From Macrostomum lignano (lineage: Eukaryota): a stretch of 64,000 nucleotides of DNA. Location: NCBI GenBank assembly GCA_002269645.1, contig NIVC01000692.1, positions 371,950 through 435,949 of the forward strand, written 5' to 3'. The notes beneath the pieces are model-generated. The model searched no databases. It had not been told where the DNA came from and saw nothing but the letters and a program-made list of their open reading frames with translations. Shown piece by piece: positions 51,471 through 63,511 of the stretch. The position numbers were made by a program, and so were the translations under genes. How positions within the stretch are numbered: the stretch's first letter is position 1; every line of letters begins with the position of its first letter.

Positions 51471-51804
51471 TTGGCACGAAAATCGTGCTTTTCGCTCTAC
51501 AAAACTTTCCGGATGACCAGATAAATCTCATTACAATCAAACAGTCTATTGAGTATTTTTTTATTTCTCTACAACACCGATTAAAAAGGAACTTAACGCT
51601 CCGATAGACTATTGAGCTTTTGACCAAACTGAAAGAGTTATGCTATCGCTGATCACCAAGAGGATTAGAGGAAAACATTTTCAATAAAAATAAACATGAA
51701 AAAGTGTAAATCTGTCTGCGTGTTTGATCTAGCTCGCGTCTTGAATCAAACTGAAAAATCCGAACACAGTCGGGAAGACTTATCAAATAGGTGCTGTTAA
51801 ACCT

Positions 51805-54800
51805 TCACTTGCCAGGCCTGAGCACATTCTGTCGGAAGCTGCTCATCACGTTGCCGCTGGGATAGTAGTAGCAGACAACCACAACCTTGTGCGAACCGTC
51901 CGCAGCCTGGTGAATCGCCTTGCCGACGCCCAGCTCCTTGGAGTTCTTCCACACCAGCTGGGTGAAGTTGCCTGGCATTGGATTGGCGATTGTTTGTCTA
52001 CTTGAAGTAGTCTAACTGGAGTAGACCATGCTATTAGTTGAGAATTCTTTACTTGAGATTTATAAAGACTGTCCATAGCCAAACTTCCACTCGCTTCCAC
52101 ACCGGTCACAGACACTTCTACACCGGTTACAGGCACGCTTTCACACCGGTCACAGATACGCTTCTACACCGGTCACAGATACGCTTCTACACCGGTCACA
52201 GACACGCTTCTACACCAGCCTGGTACATTCTCTATGCCAATACTTACACACAGAAATCAAAGACAGTTTCCAAAATAATTATTTTAAAATCGAAGTCGAT
52301 AAATCCGTACAATCACCTCGGAAAAAAACTTGTAATGGCTTCAAAGATATTCGCAAGTGTCTCTCGAAAGCTACACGTGCTGTGAGCCTTGGATATGCAA
52401 TACAGTTAAATCTCTTGCTCATCTTGCTAGCGAAACTCACTACGCTCGTACTAGCTCGTATTTAGATTGGCACTTACCAATTCCATTGATATCGGAGGGC
52501 TCCTCGTTATATCGAAATTTCTCCACCTCGTTGTACCAGTGGTCCACCACGTCGATGGCTGCAAAATGGCATATGATTCAACTATGATTTGATACGAGTA
52601 AATTAGATTAGAAGCCTTTTTGCTCTTAGATTTATTATTTTAAGCTCGTCCCAGCCCAAGCCTAGTCCCGCAGCAAAGCCATGCAGAGACAGTCCCAAGT
52701 TCCCAGTCCCGCAGCACAGCCAGAAACAGTCCCAGTCCCGCAGCACAGCTAGAGACTGTCTCAGTAACAGGTCCCAAAATAATGCCAGAGAGACAGTCCC
52801 GGTCTCCAGGCCCGCTCATAGGCCGCACCATTGTAGTCGGTCTCGCCGTTACTCCAGCGGCTGGCGATGTTCTCGCCCAGCCTTTCCGTCCCGTGGGTGG
52901 CGCTGCTGTTGTACAGCTTGGACTTGCCGCACAGCTCGGTGGCGAATGCCTGCGCCTTGGCTGACAGCTCCGCGTTCAGAGCCAGCCCGGGAACTCCGTG
53001 CTGCATCCGGTGATGGTTGTGCCGCTCCAGCACCTCGTGGCCGAATTGGGACATTTGGCTTTCCTAAACGATGGGTTGGTTCAGCCGTGTTGGATTTATT
53101 GTCTGTGTGCGATTAGTTGCATAGGGATTGTCCTAGGGCTGGGGTGGAATCTTGTCTGTGACCGCGGTGTGGAAGCGTGTCTGTGACCGGTGTGGAAGCG
53201 TGTCTGTGACCGCGGTGTGGAAGCGTGTCTATGACCGGTGTGGAAGCGTATCTGTGACCGGGGTGGAAACATGTCTGTGACCGGTGTGGAAGCGTGTCTG
53301 TGACTGGTGCGGAAGCGTGTTGGTGACCGGTGTGGAAGCGTGTCTGTGACTGGTGCGGAAGCGTGTCGGTGACCGGTGTGGAAGCGAGACTGTAACCGGG
53401 AAAAAACGTCTATGACCGGAGTGGAAGCTTGTCTGTGACCGGTGTGGAAGCTTGTCTATGACCGGTGTGGAAGCGTGACTGTGACCGGGGAAAAAACGTC
53501 TATGACCGGAGTGGAAGCTTGTCTGTGACAGGTGTGGAAGCTGGTCGGTGACCGGTGTGGAAGCGTGTCTGTGACCGGTGTGAAAGCGCGTCTGACCGGT
53601 GTGGAAGCGTGTCTGTGACCGGTGTGGAAGCGTGTCTGACCGGTGTGGAAGCGTGTCTGTGACCGGTGTGGAAGCGTGTCTGTGACCGGTGTGAAAGCGT
53701 GTCTGACCGGTGTGGAAGAGTTTCTGCGACCGGTGTGGAAGCGTATCTGTGACCGGGGTGGAAACATGTCTGTGACCGGTGTGGAAGCGTTCTGTAACCG
53801 GTGTGGAAGCGTGTCTGTGACCGGTGCGGAAGCGTGTCTGTGACTGGAGTGAAAGCGTGTCTGTGACGGGGGTGAAAGCGTGTCTGTGACCGGTGTGGAA
53901 GCGTGTCTGTGACCGGTGTGAAGCGTGTCTGTGACTGGAGTGAAAGCGGTTCTGTGACGGGGGTGAAAGCGTGTCTGTGACCGGTGTGGAAGCGTGTCTG
54001 TGACCGGTGTGGAAGCGTGTCTGCGACCGGGGTGGAAGCGTGTCTGTGACTGGGGTGAAAGCGTGTCGGTGACCGGTGTGGAAGCGTTCTGTAACCGGTG
54101 TGGAAGCGCGTCTGTGACCGGTGTGAAGCGTGTCTGTGACTGGAGTGAAAGCGTGTCTGTGACGGGGGTGAAAGCGTGTCTGTGACCGGTGTGGAAGCGT
54201 GTCTGTGACCGGTGTGGAAGCGTGTCTGTGACCGGTGTGGAAGCGTGTCTGTGACCGGTGTGGAAGCGTGTCTGTGACTGGGGTGAAAGCGTGTCGGTGA
54301 CCGGTGTGGAAGCGTGTCTGTGACTGGTGTGGAATTAAGCTGGTCTGGAAGTCTCTACTGCTTGAAGAACATTTGTTATTAATTTTCAATATTTTCAAAG
54401 ATTTCTTTGCGAAACTGATTGATTTACGACTCCACAGCAGGTGGTTCTCCTGCTACCAGGGTCCGGCATATTGCTTGACCAGTCAATATCTGCTCTTGTC
54501 AAGTCCGATTTGACTCATGCATGAGGAATTCAATTTCGCAAGTTGAGGCAGTTGATAAGAAAAAAGGAAAATAAATGAAAAAACTTTCTGAGGAAATTAA
54601 AAAATTCTTTCGTGACTTCAGAGCAGAATGTTTTTGCGCGTCAAATTATTTTCGCAATATCCGGTGCCCAGCAGCTCCTCCGCCGACTCACCGTGGCGTC
54701 CAGAACTTTGCCTTGCGTTGCCTGCTGCTGCTTCTGCTGTTGCTGCTGTTTTTCCGGTGGCGGCTTCAGTTCCGGCTTCTCCTGCCGACGCTCAACGATT

Positions 54801-57029
54801 TTCTCTTTCTCCTGTTGGGTTTAGTTTAGTGCGGCTGATAATTCAGGGTGGCTCGCTGATTTCATTTTCAGGGAAGCTATGCGTCTTAAGCAAAGAGTTC
54901 ATAAACGAAGAAAATTTTGAGTAAGCTTAATTGACTGATTGAGCCCTTCAGTTTAGTTTAGTTTAGTTTAGTTTAGTTTAGTTTAGTTTAGTTTAGTTTA
55001 GTTTAGTTTAGTTTACTTTAGTCTATTCTAGTCTAGTTTAGTCTAGTTTAGTTCAGTTTAGTTTGTTTTGTTTAGTTTAGTTCAGTTTAGTTCAGTTTAG
55101 TTTGTTTTGTTTAGTTTAGTTCAGTTTAGTTCAGTTTAGTTTAGTTTACTTTAGTCTATTCTAGTCTAGTTTAGTTCAGTTTAGTTTGTTTTGTTTAGTT
55201 TAGTTCAGTTTAGTTCAGTTTAGTTTGTTTTGTTTAGTTTAGTTCAGTTTAGTTCAGTTTAGTTTACTTTACTTTACTTTACTTTAGGCTTTTTTCCAAG
55301 AGTTTAGGTGGGCTAAGCTAGACAGGCAGACCTTAGGTAGGCAACTTAGGAAGGTTTTGTTCAGACAAGTGAAGCCTAAGACTCTCTTCTCCCCGCGCGC
55401 CCCTAGGAGCCCCGGTGTCTCACATTTCCCTGCTCGTCCTCGTAGCGAATCCGCTCCCGTTCAACCACAAAAAGTCGGCCATCCTCGCCGCGGACCTCCT
55501 CCCGTTCAATTTTGCTGCTGGTGACGCGGCAGCCGGCGGCGGCCAGCTGCTTGGTGACGGCCGAGCCCGCCGACTCCACCGGCCGAACGTTGGCGACGTA
55601 GCGGCCGCGCACGTTGCCAGGAGGTCGGTAGTGCGCCACCACCACCACCCGGCTGCCGCTCTGGGCGCGCCCGACGCCAACCTCGCGAGTTCCCAGCCAC
55701 ACCAGCTGGGTGAAGTTGCCGGCCTTGCCGCTGCCGTCCGCGAAGTTGTACTTGTCGATGTCGCGGTACCACTGGCTGACCACCTCTTCGGCTGGGAATG
55801 GAGAGCGGGCCGGCTCTGGAGTAAGACTGGGCCGTTTCTAGAGTGAGACTGGCATGGCTCGGGGATGAGACTGGTCCGGCTCTGGGGTGAGACTGGACCG
55901 GCTCTAGGGTGAGACTAGACTGGCTCTGGAATGAGACTGGGCCGTTTCTAGGGTGAGACTGAGTCAGCTCTGGGGTGAGACTGTGGAAGCTCTAGGGTGA
56001 GACAAGATTAGTTGGCTCTCTAAGATGGGACAAGCTCTAGTTCAAGGTGAGATATAATAACTCTGGCTTCAAAGACAACAGAAGACCGACTGCGAAGTGA
56101 GGATACGACCATAACTAATCCAAGGCGAACCAAATAGATTTTAATACGGCCAGATGAAATTCTGGGCCGAGACTGGGTCGGCTTCGCTATAGAAGAGGCC
56201 CTGTTGACGTTGAAGCCCATGATAAACCCGAATTATTCTGTGCAGTTTACAGCTAGAAATTTTCCAGCGCGCATTTTCCAGATTGGAACAGGACCGGCCG
56301 CCTGTGGCAAAACTTGCCAACGCGAGCTCGCGCAAATACCGATCGATGTGCGAAGTTGTTGCACACCCGAAAGCCGAGGCACTGAATGGGGTTACAGCAC
56401 AGTCGGTCCGGCGCTTCATTCATTTATGCTGGTTGGGCTTCTCGAATCAGACTAAGCCACCCTTTTGCCCAGACTGACTTGCTTGCCACTTGGATGGAGG
56501 GCGCAGAGCAGCTCTGCGGTAACACGCGTCTGGCTCTCGCGCCACGACCCCCGCATTCATTTGGGGGCTTGACCGGGAGGTTGTCGTGCGATTCGCAGCC
56601 ATGAAGACTAACCAGCCAAGGCACAGAGAGTGTACATGACTGAGGATTAGAAAGTCAGGGCCGCTGTGCACCCTGTGTGAGCGTGTGCTTGAGTGCGTGC
56701 CTGCGTGCAGTATTGACGCTTGTCAGGAGTCAGCGGAATGGGCACAATTGCCTCAACGCTGGCTGTGGGACGATGTCGAGTGTCAGAGCCGTCTCACCTG
56801 AGATCTCGGCTGCCTGGCCCTCGGCGCTCCGCATGCTGATGCACTCGCCACATTCGCCTCGCTTGGCCTCGGCGCTGTTCTCCAAGCTGCCCTTGGCCGC
56901 CAGGGCCTCCGCCCAGGCCTGCGCCGTCCGGTCAAGGTCACTGGCAGCTCGGAGAGCCGCTGCACCGTGTAGGGCCCGGCGACTGTTCTGCTGCTGCATC
57001 AGCGACTGGCGGAACTCTGACAGACTCAT
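51805..57029 (-). CDS. Two-domain CAP/SCP (GAPR-1/GLIPR2-like) protein, 6 exons (57029-56798, 55791-55424, 54811-54692, 53063-52829, 52558-52478, 51971-51805), 400 aa
   Basis: All junctions GT-AG with matching phases (1,0,0,1,1). Motifs: HNHHRMQHG, LGENIA, WYNEVEK, GNFTQLVW (twice), LGVG, VVCYYYPSGNV, VVAHYRPPGNV. No signal peptide at the predicted start. Further upstream exons cannot be excluded. Confidence 0.88.
52095..52216. repeat. Short array (~5 copies) of the 23-bp unit of 53150-54330 in inverted orientation
   Basis: cttccacaccggtcacagacacg is the reverse complement of cgtgtctgtgaccggtgtggaag. Confidence 0.9.
53150..54330. repeat. Intronic minisatellite, 23-bp unit (gtgtctgtgaccggtgtggaagc), ~50 copies
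   Basis: Tandem units inside CAP-gene intron 3. Confidence 0.97.
54950..55287. repeat. (GTTTA)n-type pentanucleotide microsatellite, imperfect
   Basis: Directly visible in CAP-gene intron 2. Confidence 0.95.
55800..56005. repeat. Degenerate 22-bp tandem repeat (ggtgagactggaccggctctag), ~9 copies
   Basis: Recurring tgagact core immediately upstream (in gene sense) of the exon-2 acceptor. Confidence 0.85.
56495..56676 (+). mobile_element. tRNA-derived SINE, copy lacking the B-box
   Basis: Homologous to the reverse complement of 59722-59935 (shared cgcattcatttgggg, gggaggttgtc.tgcgattc.cagccatga, aaggcacagagagtg, gattagaaagtcagg.ccgctgt.caccctgt). Confidence 0.75.
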
Positions 57030-57826
57030 GACCTGCGGTGTGTCAGTGTGGGAGGGGACTGGCGGAACTCTGACAGACTCATGACCTGCGGTGTGTCAGT
57101 GTGGGAGGGGACTGGCGGAACTCTGACAGACTCATGGCCTGCGGTGTGTCAGTGTGAAGGGGACTGGCGGAACTCTGACAGACTCATGGCCTGCGGTGTG
57201 TCAGTATGGGAGGGGACTGGCGGAACTCTGACAGACTCATGACCTGCGGTGTGTCAGTATGGGAGGGGACTGGCGGAACTCTGACAGACTCATTACCTGC
57301 GGTGTGTCAGTGTGAAGGGGACTGGCGGAACTCTGACAGACTCATGACCTGCGGTGTGTCAGTGTGGGAGGGACTGGCGGAACTCTGACAGACTCATGAC
57401 CTGCGGTGTGTCAGTGTGGGAGGGGACTGGCGGAACTCTGACAGACTCATGACCTGCGGTGTGTCAGTGTGGGAGGGGACTGGCGGAACTCTGACAGACT
57501 CATGACCTGCGGTGTGTCAGTGTGGGAGGGGACTGGCGGAACTCTGACAGACTCATGACCTGCGGTGTGTCAGTGTGGGAGGGGACTGGCGGAACTCTGA
57601 CAGACTCATGACCTGCGGTGTGTCAGTGTGGGAGGGGACTGGCGGAACTCTGACAGACTCATGACCTGCGGTGTGTCAGTGTGGGAGGGGACTGGCGGAA
57701 CTCTGACAGGCTCATGACCTGCGGTGTGTCAGTGTGGGAGGGGACTGGCGGAACTCTGACAGACTCATGACCTGCGGTGTGTCAGTGTGGGAGGGGACTG
57801 GCGGAACTCTGACAGACTCATGGCCT
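57004..57826. repeat. Minisatellite, 53-bp unit, ~16 copies, built from the CAP gene acceptor and start-codon region
   Basis: Minus-strand unit ccctcccacactgacacaccgcag-gtcATGagtctgtcagagttccgccagtc; the last unit runs directly into the CAP ORF. Confidence 0.96.
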
Positions 57827-59721
57827 GCTGAGCGGTGGGACCCATGTGTGACTAGTGACATTTTTACCTATCAGATTAGAATGGCACACTGGAAAAACTA
57901 CCTACGAGTATTAGTAATTCATTGCTCTGCCTCTTAATCCCCAACGATCGGGCGAACGCTTATCCAGCTTTGTATCTGCACTCGAGTGAAATTAATTAAA
58001 CCCGAGCAGAGATTGGTGGCCTGAATTGTTGACACAGGTGACAGCGCATGCGCGACTATGTAAAGTTAGACGATAATTTGGACGATAAATCAAAGCTTTT
58101 CACGTCGTTTCTCTACCATGTCTCTACCTTTGCTTGGTCTCTTTGTCGTTCCTTTACTATCGATTTACTTACTAGTCACAGGGGGTAACAGGGGGACTGC
58201 TTCGTAAGTCTGCTCACGTGGTTTGTGCGCGCAATTAACGCGGAAGATGATTTCATGGATAGCCGGTTTTCGTTGCAAGATGCAGTAGCGAGATGGGAGA
58301 GGACTTCAGTTTTGTAGCACTAAATTGGCAATATCTCGCCTTCCGAGCCTTGGGATCGCAGATGAAGCAAGTGTGCGACTGCGGGCCAGCGTACAGTATT
58401 GGCACGCTTGCATGCGCTTAGGAGTCAGCGGACTGGGCAGAATTGCCTCACCGCGTGGTTGTGGGGGCGATGTTGCCGAAGCATTGCGCCAGGCTGCCTG
58501 AGTAAAGTTTGAAAACTCAAACTCATCCATTTTGTTCAACTTGTGAATTAATTTAGTCCGAAACATTCCTCATTTTTGCAGCTAGGTAGATGAGATATTG
58601 TCAATTTGGTGCTAAATAGCGGCGCTATTTCTATTTCGAAAATGCATTTTGCCGCTAGTTGGGGGTGGCTTTGATGTACAGATTTTGCAAGGGAGATTTT
58701 GAATCAGAACATCAAGATAATTTCTGAACTGAACAAAAGCGATGAGGGTGGAGCTCAAACTGTTTACTCATCACTTACCTATAGTGCTGTATGCCGCTCG
58801 GTGCTGCTTGGTATAGCTGACAGTTGAGGACCGGGTGTCTAACTCTCCGCCGATGCCAACAACTTGTTAATGGAAATTCGAGTCTCTGCGGAATCGGACC
58901 GCCTGCGCTGGCTTTATTTAGGACGGCCCGCCCTCCTCCTCATTTCTCTTTCTGCCCCCCCCTCTGCCCCCTCTCTGTCCTCACCGCAACTGACAGTCAA
59001 CCCCAAGCAAGCCTATTTGGGCGGGTTTGCCCATCCATCTGCGCGCATCTATAAATAGCCTGTGCTGCTAGGGGGTGCGTGCGGCAGCAGCAGCGCGTGA
59101 GTCAGCGTTTGACCCCCCCCCTTAGCCTGAGTACTCAACATGGGCTGGCACCGAGGTAAAAAGGTACGAGTGAAACAGGTCTGGGTGGCGGAGAGAAGAG
59201 CTGGCCTGAGCAACAGAACGGCTGGACGCAAGAGACAAGAACAGCCACCCCATGGGTTTGTCAGTTCAAAGAAGGGCGGACGGGAAAGAGAAGGTATGGT
59301 GAAGAAAAACATGCAGAGCTGTCCGTCGCTGCGAGCGTCGAAAATTTGTGCGCTCTATTGGAATTCCACGCCTGAATTGCCGCATACATGAATAGAATGC
59401 GTAAACAACCGCTAAGTAATTTAAATTCCTTTGAGACTACTGAATTAAGTACTACCGATTGCGGGTAGGCCTGTTCATGCATAAAAACAGTTTGGGAAAA
59501 TTTATAAAAACATTAATGCAGTTTTTGGCTATCAATTCAAGTACCGATGATCTGCCTACATAGAAACAAATGTCCGGATATGCACCCCATGTCTCAGCGT
59601 CGGTCTTAAATAATAGTTTTGACAGGAGGGTTGTGATCACCTTGATGCAACGTCTCTGGCAAAAACTTAACACAACCAGCGGTCGATTCCACCCATTTCA
59701 CTGACTCCTGAGCACACGGAT

Positions 59722-59935
59722 ATACAGGGTGTACAGCGGTCCTGACTTTCTAATCGTCATGCATGTGCACTCTCTGTGCCTTAAGGCTGGCCCTCATGGC
59801 TGTGAATCGCATGACAACCTCCCAGCCAATTTTCGTGCACACGAGCCCCAAATGAATGCGACCGCGCACGGAATCGAACCGGGGGTCGCCGCGCGAGAGT
59901 CGGACGCGTTCCTGCTCCGCTGAGCTGCTCCGTCC
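59722..59935 (-). mobile_element. tRNA-derived SINE with A- and B-boxes
   Basis: Minus-strand head ggagcAGCTCAGCGGagc...ccccGGTTCGATTCCgtgcg followed by a non-tRNA body; a second copy lies at 56495-56676. Confidence 0.8.
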
Positions 59936-60308
59936 ACATCTTAGTGTCTCTGAGTCTGTCTGTCAATTGCCGGAAAATGTTCGGAATGGACAACAAAGCG
60001 AACGGAACTTTTTATTCGTTTCAAGTAAGTTTTTTGTTAACAGAGAATACATCAGCGCATGAGGGAGTGCGCTGATTGTTCTTCAAGAAATAATCACCTG
60101 ACTAATATACGGAAGCAATTAATCACAGCAAGCCTCCTAACACCTAACAACAGCTACTAAAAGATCAACAGTTCCTCGTCTTCTGCTCGTTTTCTTCACC
60201 AGCGCCAGTCAAGATCGCTCAAAAATAAAAGAAAAACACAATATAATGGGAAACTGAAACGACAGCTACAAGAAATCACTAAAGCATCATTCAAGTTTTA
60301 TCGGGTAC

Positions 60309-61339
60309 TCAGACTGTGTCTGCGTCGATCCACTCGTCCACGGTTTCGAAGTCCACTGACCCGTTGGTGGCTGAAGCTGCGCGCTCCCGCACTTTGTTGG
60401 TTGCCTCTGCGGGCACCAGCGGGATGAGCTCTGGCTGGGCCGGAGGCTGCTGCGGCACATTCTGCTGCTGCTGCTGCTGCTGTTGCAGCTGTCTTTGACG
60501 AACCCGAGCCTCGTTGCTAGCCGTCGCTTGAGGAGCCTCCGCCTCGTCGGGCGCTAGCAACCGCGTGCAGCCAAGCAGCCGGAACAGCTCGGTACGGAAG
60601 CTGTCGTTCAGGAAGCCGTAAAGCAGCGGATTGGCGCAGCTTGACAGTAGGATGAGCATCAGCGAGACGCTCTGGATCAGCTGCAGTGGCACCTGCTGGC
60701 GGTTGATGCGGTCCGACTGGCCGTCCGTTTGAGTTGCGTTCGTCAGGTCGATGCGCCACTCCTGTGGAAATGTTGGCGGGTCTATGCAGCTATTTGCTTG
60801 TCTATCTGTTTACCTACCTACCTACCTACCTACCTACCTACCTACCTACCTACCTACCTACCTACCTGAAAGTCGTTGAAGATGTTGAACACGGTGAGGG
60901 GCAGCCAGGACAGGGCGAACAGCAGGCTGATGGCCAGCAGAATGCCGTTGGTCCGCCGGTGCCGCCGCTTCTCCAGCTGGATGCGGCTGAGCTGGTAGGC
61001 GGACTGGCCGCTCTCCCGCCTGTGGCGGATTCTCTCCCTAAGCCGGGCGTGGATGCGGCCGTAGGCGGTCACCAGCATCAGCAGCGGGATCAGGTACTGG
61101 ACGACCATGGTGGCCAGGCTGTACACCAGCTTGGCCTGTCTGAGCAGTCGGCTAGACGAATCCGACGGGATGATCTCGCTGCAGATGTGCACCACCCGGG
61201 GCAGCTCCAGCGCGTTCTGCACCACCCGGGCGAACAGCAGCAGCGGCGAGGCCAGCAGGGCGGCAGCCGCCCAGATGCCCAGGGCGCAAGCCAGGAGGCG
61301 ACCGCGGGACAGCGACAGCTGGCTGGGGTGCACGATCGC
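60309..61339 (-). CDS. Rhodopsin-class neuropeptide GPCR (NPY/NPF/PrRP-receptor-like), last two exons (61339-60866, 60761-60309); 5' exons not found in the window
   Basis: AIVHP (post-DRY), TM4 'ALGIWAAAALLASPLL', ECL2 Cys 'HICSE', TM5 'VQYLIPLLMLVTAYGRI', TM6 'LFALSWLPLTVFNIF', TM7 'SSCANPLLYGFLNDSFR'. Phase-0 GT-AG junctions. Confidence 0.9.
60811..60866. repeat. (TACC)14 microsatellite abutting the GPCR 5' splice site
   Basis: Minus strand reads TTT CAG|gtaggtaggtagg... Confidence 0.95.
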
Positions 61340-61490
61340 CTGCGGACGGGTTTTGTCGTGATGTGCATCCCCATCCCTACGGTGCAAGTCGGATTTTTAT
61401 ATCGAGATATAAAGCTGCTGAATTATGCGACTTGTGAGTGATCTCTTGGTGGATGCAGCCCACAGATACTACGCTCGTATATGCTATGAT

Positions 61491-62321
61491 TGATTGACAC
61501 ACCTAGGATACTACTATCAATGACTGACACACCTAGGATACTACTATCAATGACTGACACACCTAGGATACAACTATCAATGATTGACACACCTAGGATA
61601 CTACTATCAATGACTGACACACCTAGGATACTACTATCAATGACTGACACACCTAGGATACTACTATCAATGACTGACACACCTAGGATACTACTATCAA
61701 TGACTGACACACCTAGGATACTACTATCAATGATTGACACACCTAGGATACTACTATCAATGATTGACACACCTAGGATACTACTATCAATGACTGACAC
61801 ACCTAGGATACTACTATCAATGACTGACACACCTAGGATACTACTATCAATGACTGACACACCTAGGATACTACTATCAATGACTGACACACCTAGGATA
61901 CTACTATCAATGATTGACACACCTAGGATACTACTATCAATGATTGACACACCTAGGATACTACTATCAATGACTGACACACCTAGGATACTACTATCAA
62001 TGACTGACACACCTAGGATACTACTATCAATGATTGACACACCTAGGATACTACTATCAATGATTGACACACCTAGGATACTACTATCAATGACTGACAC
62101 ACCTAGGATACTACTATCATGACTGACACACCTAGGATACTACTATCAATGACTGACACACCTAGGATACTACTATCAATGATTGACACACCTAGGATAC
62201 TACTATCAATGACTGACACACCTAGGATACTACTATCAATGATTGACACACCTAGGATACTACTATCAATGACTGACACACCTAGGATACTACTATCAAT
62301 GATTGACACACCTAGGATACT
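61491..62321. repeat. Intronic minisatellite, 30-bp unit (tgactgacacacctaggatactactatcaa), ~28 copies
   Basis: Exact 30-bp periodicity with a single C/T dimorphism. Confidence 0.98.
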
Positions 62322-63004
62322 AGGACACCTGGAGGACAAAAGAAGAATTCCTACGTCACTGAGACAAAAAATACAAGCGTCGATGGAGTTAATTCGAGAT
62401 CTTCTGAAGAAGACATGATAAAAAGAGGAACGCCGTTCACTTATTTTATAACTGGGCTGCTCAGTTCTGAGTCCTCTTCAGTTAATCACTCGGGAGAGAA
62501 AAAAGGGACATCGGGACCTCTCACAATGATGGACAAAAAGGGGCAGAAAAAGTGTGCATAAATGCGTGGCTGCAAACGGTATTAGCGCGCTTGCATTTGC
62601 TCAGGAGTCGGTGGAATGGGCAGAATTGCCTCAGCGCTGGTTGGATTCACGATTTCGCCATAGGCGTTGTGCCAGGGAGGCCGTAGCTTCTTGTGCGTAA
62701 TTATTGTTATTGTATTATGGATTTAGTCAACCCGATATTTTCGAGCGAAGCAGTGGCCTCAGCAGCTCTCAAGAAGGTTGCAGCCGTCAACTGAGCTCTA
62801 GACTCAATAGATGGTCCCCACCCCCACTCCTCTACTTCACCGCTTCAGGTGCACCTGCGAACAAAAAAAATTGCAGGCCGATTCGGGCTAATTTGCAGTG
62901 AGCAGGGGAACAACTATTTGGCTGCGGGACCAGCTGAGCACCAGGGTAATTCTCAGGTCACTGCCGATCCTCCTTTAGCACCAATTACGCGGGCTGCCTG
63001 CTAA

Positions 63005-63511
<507 letters not shown>

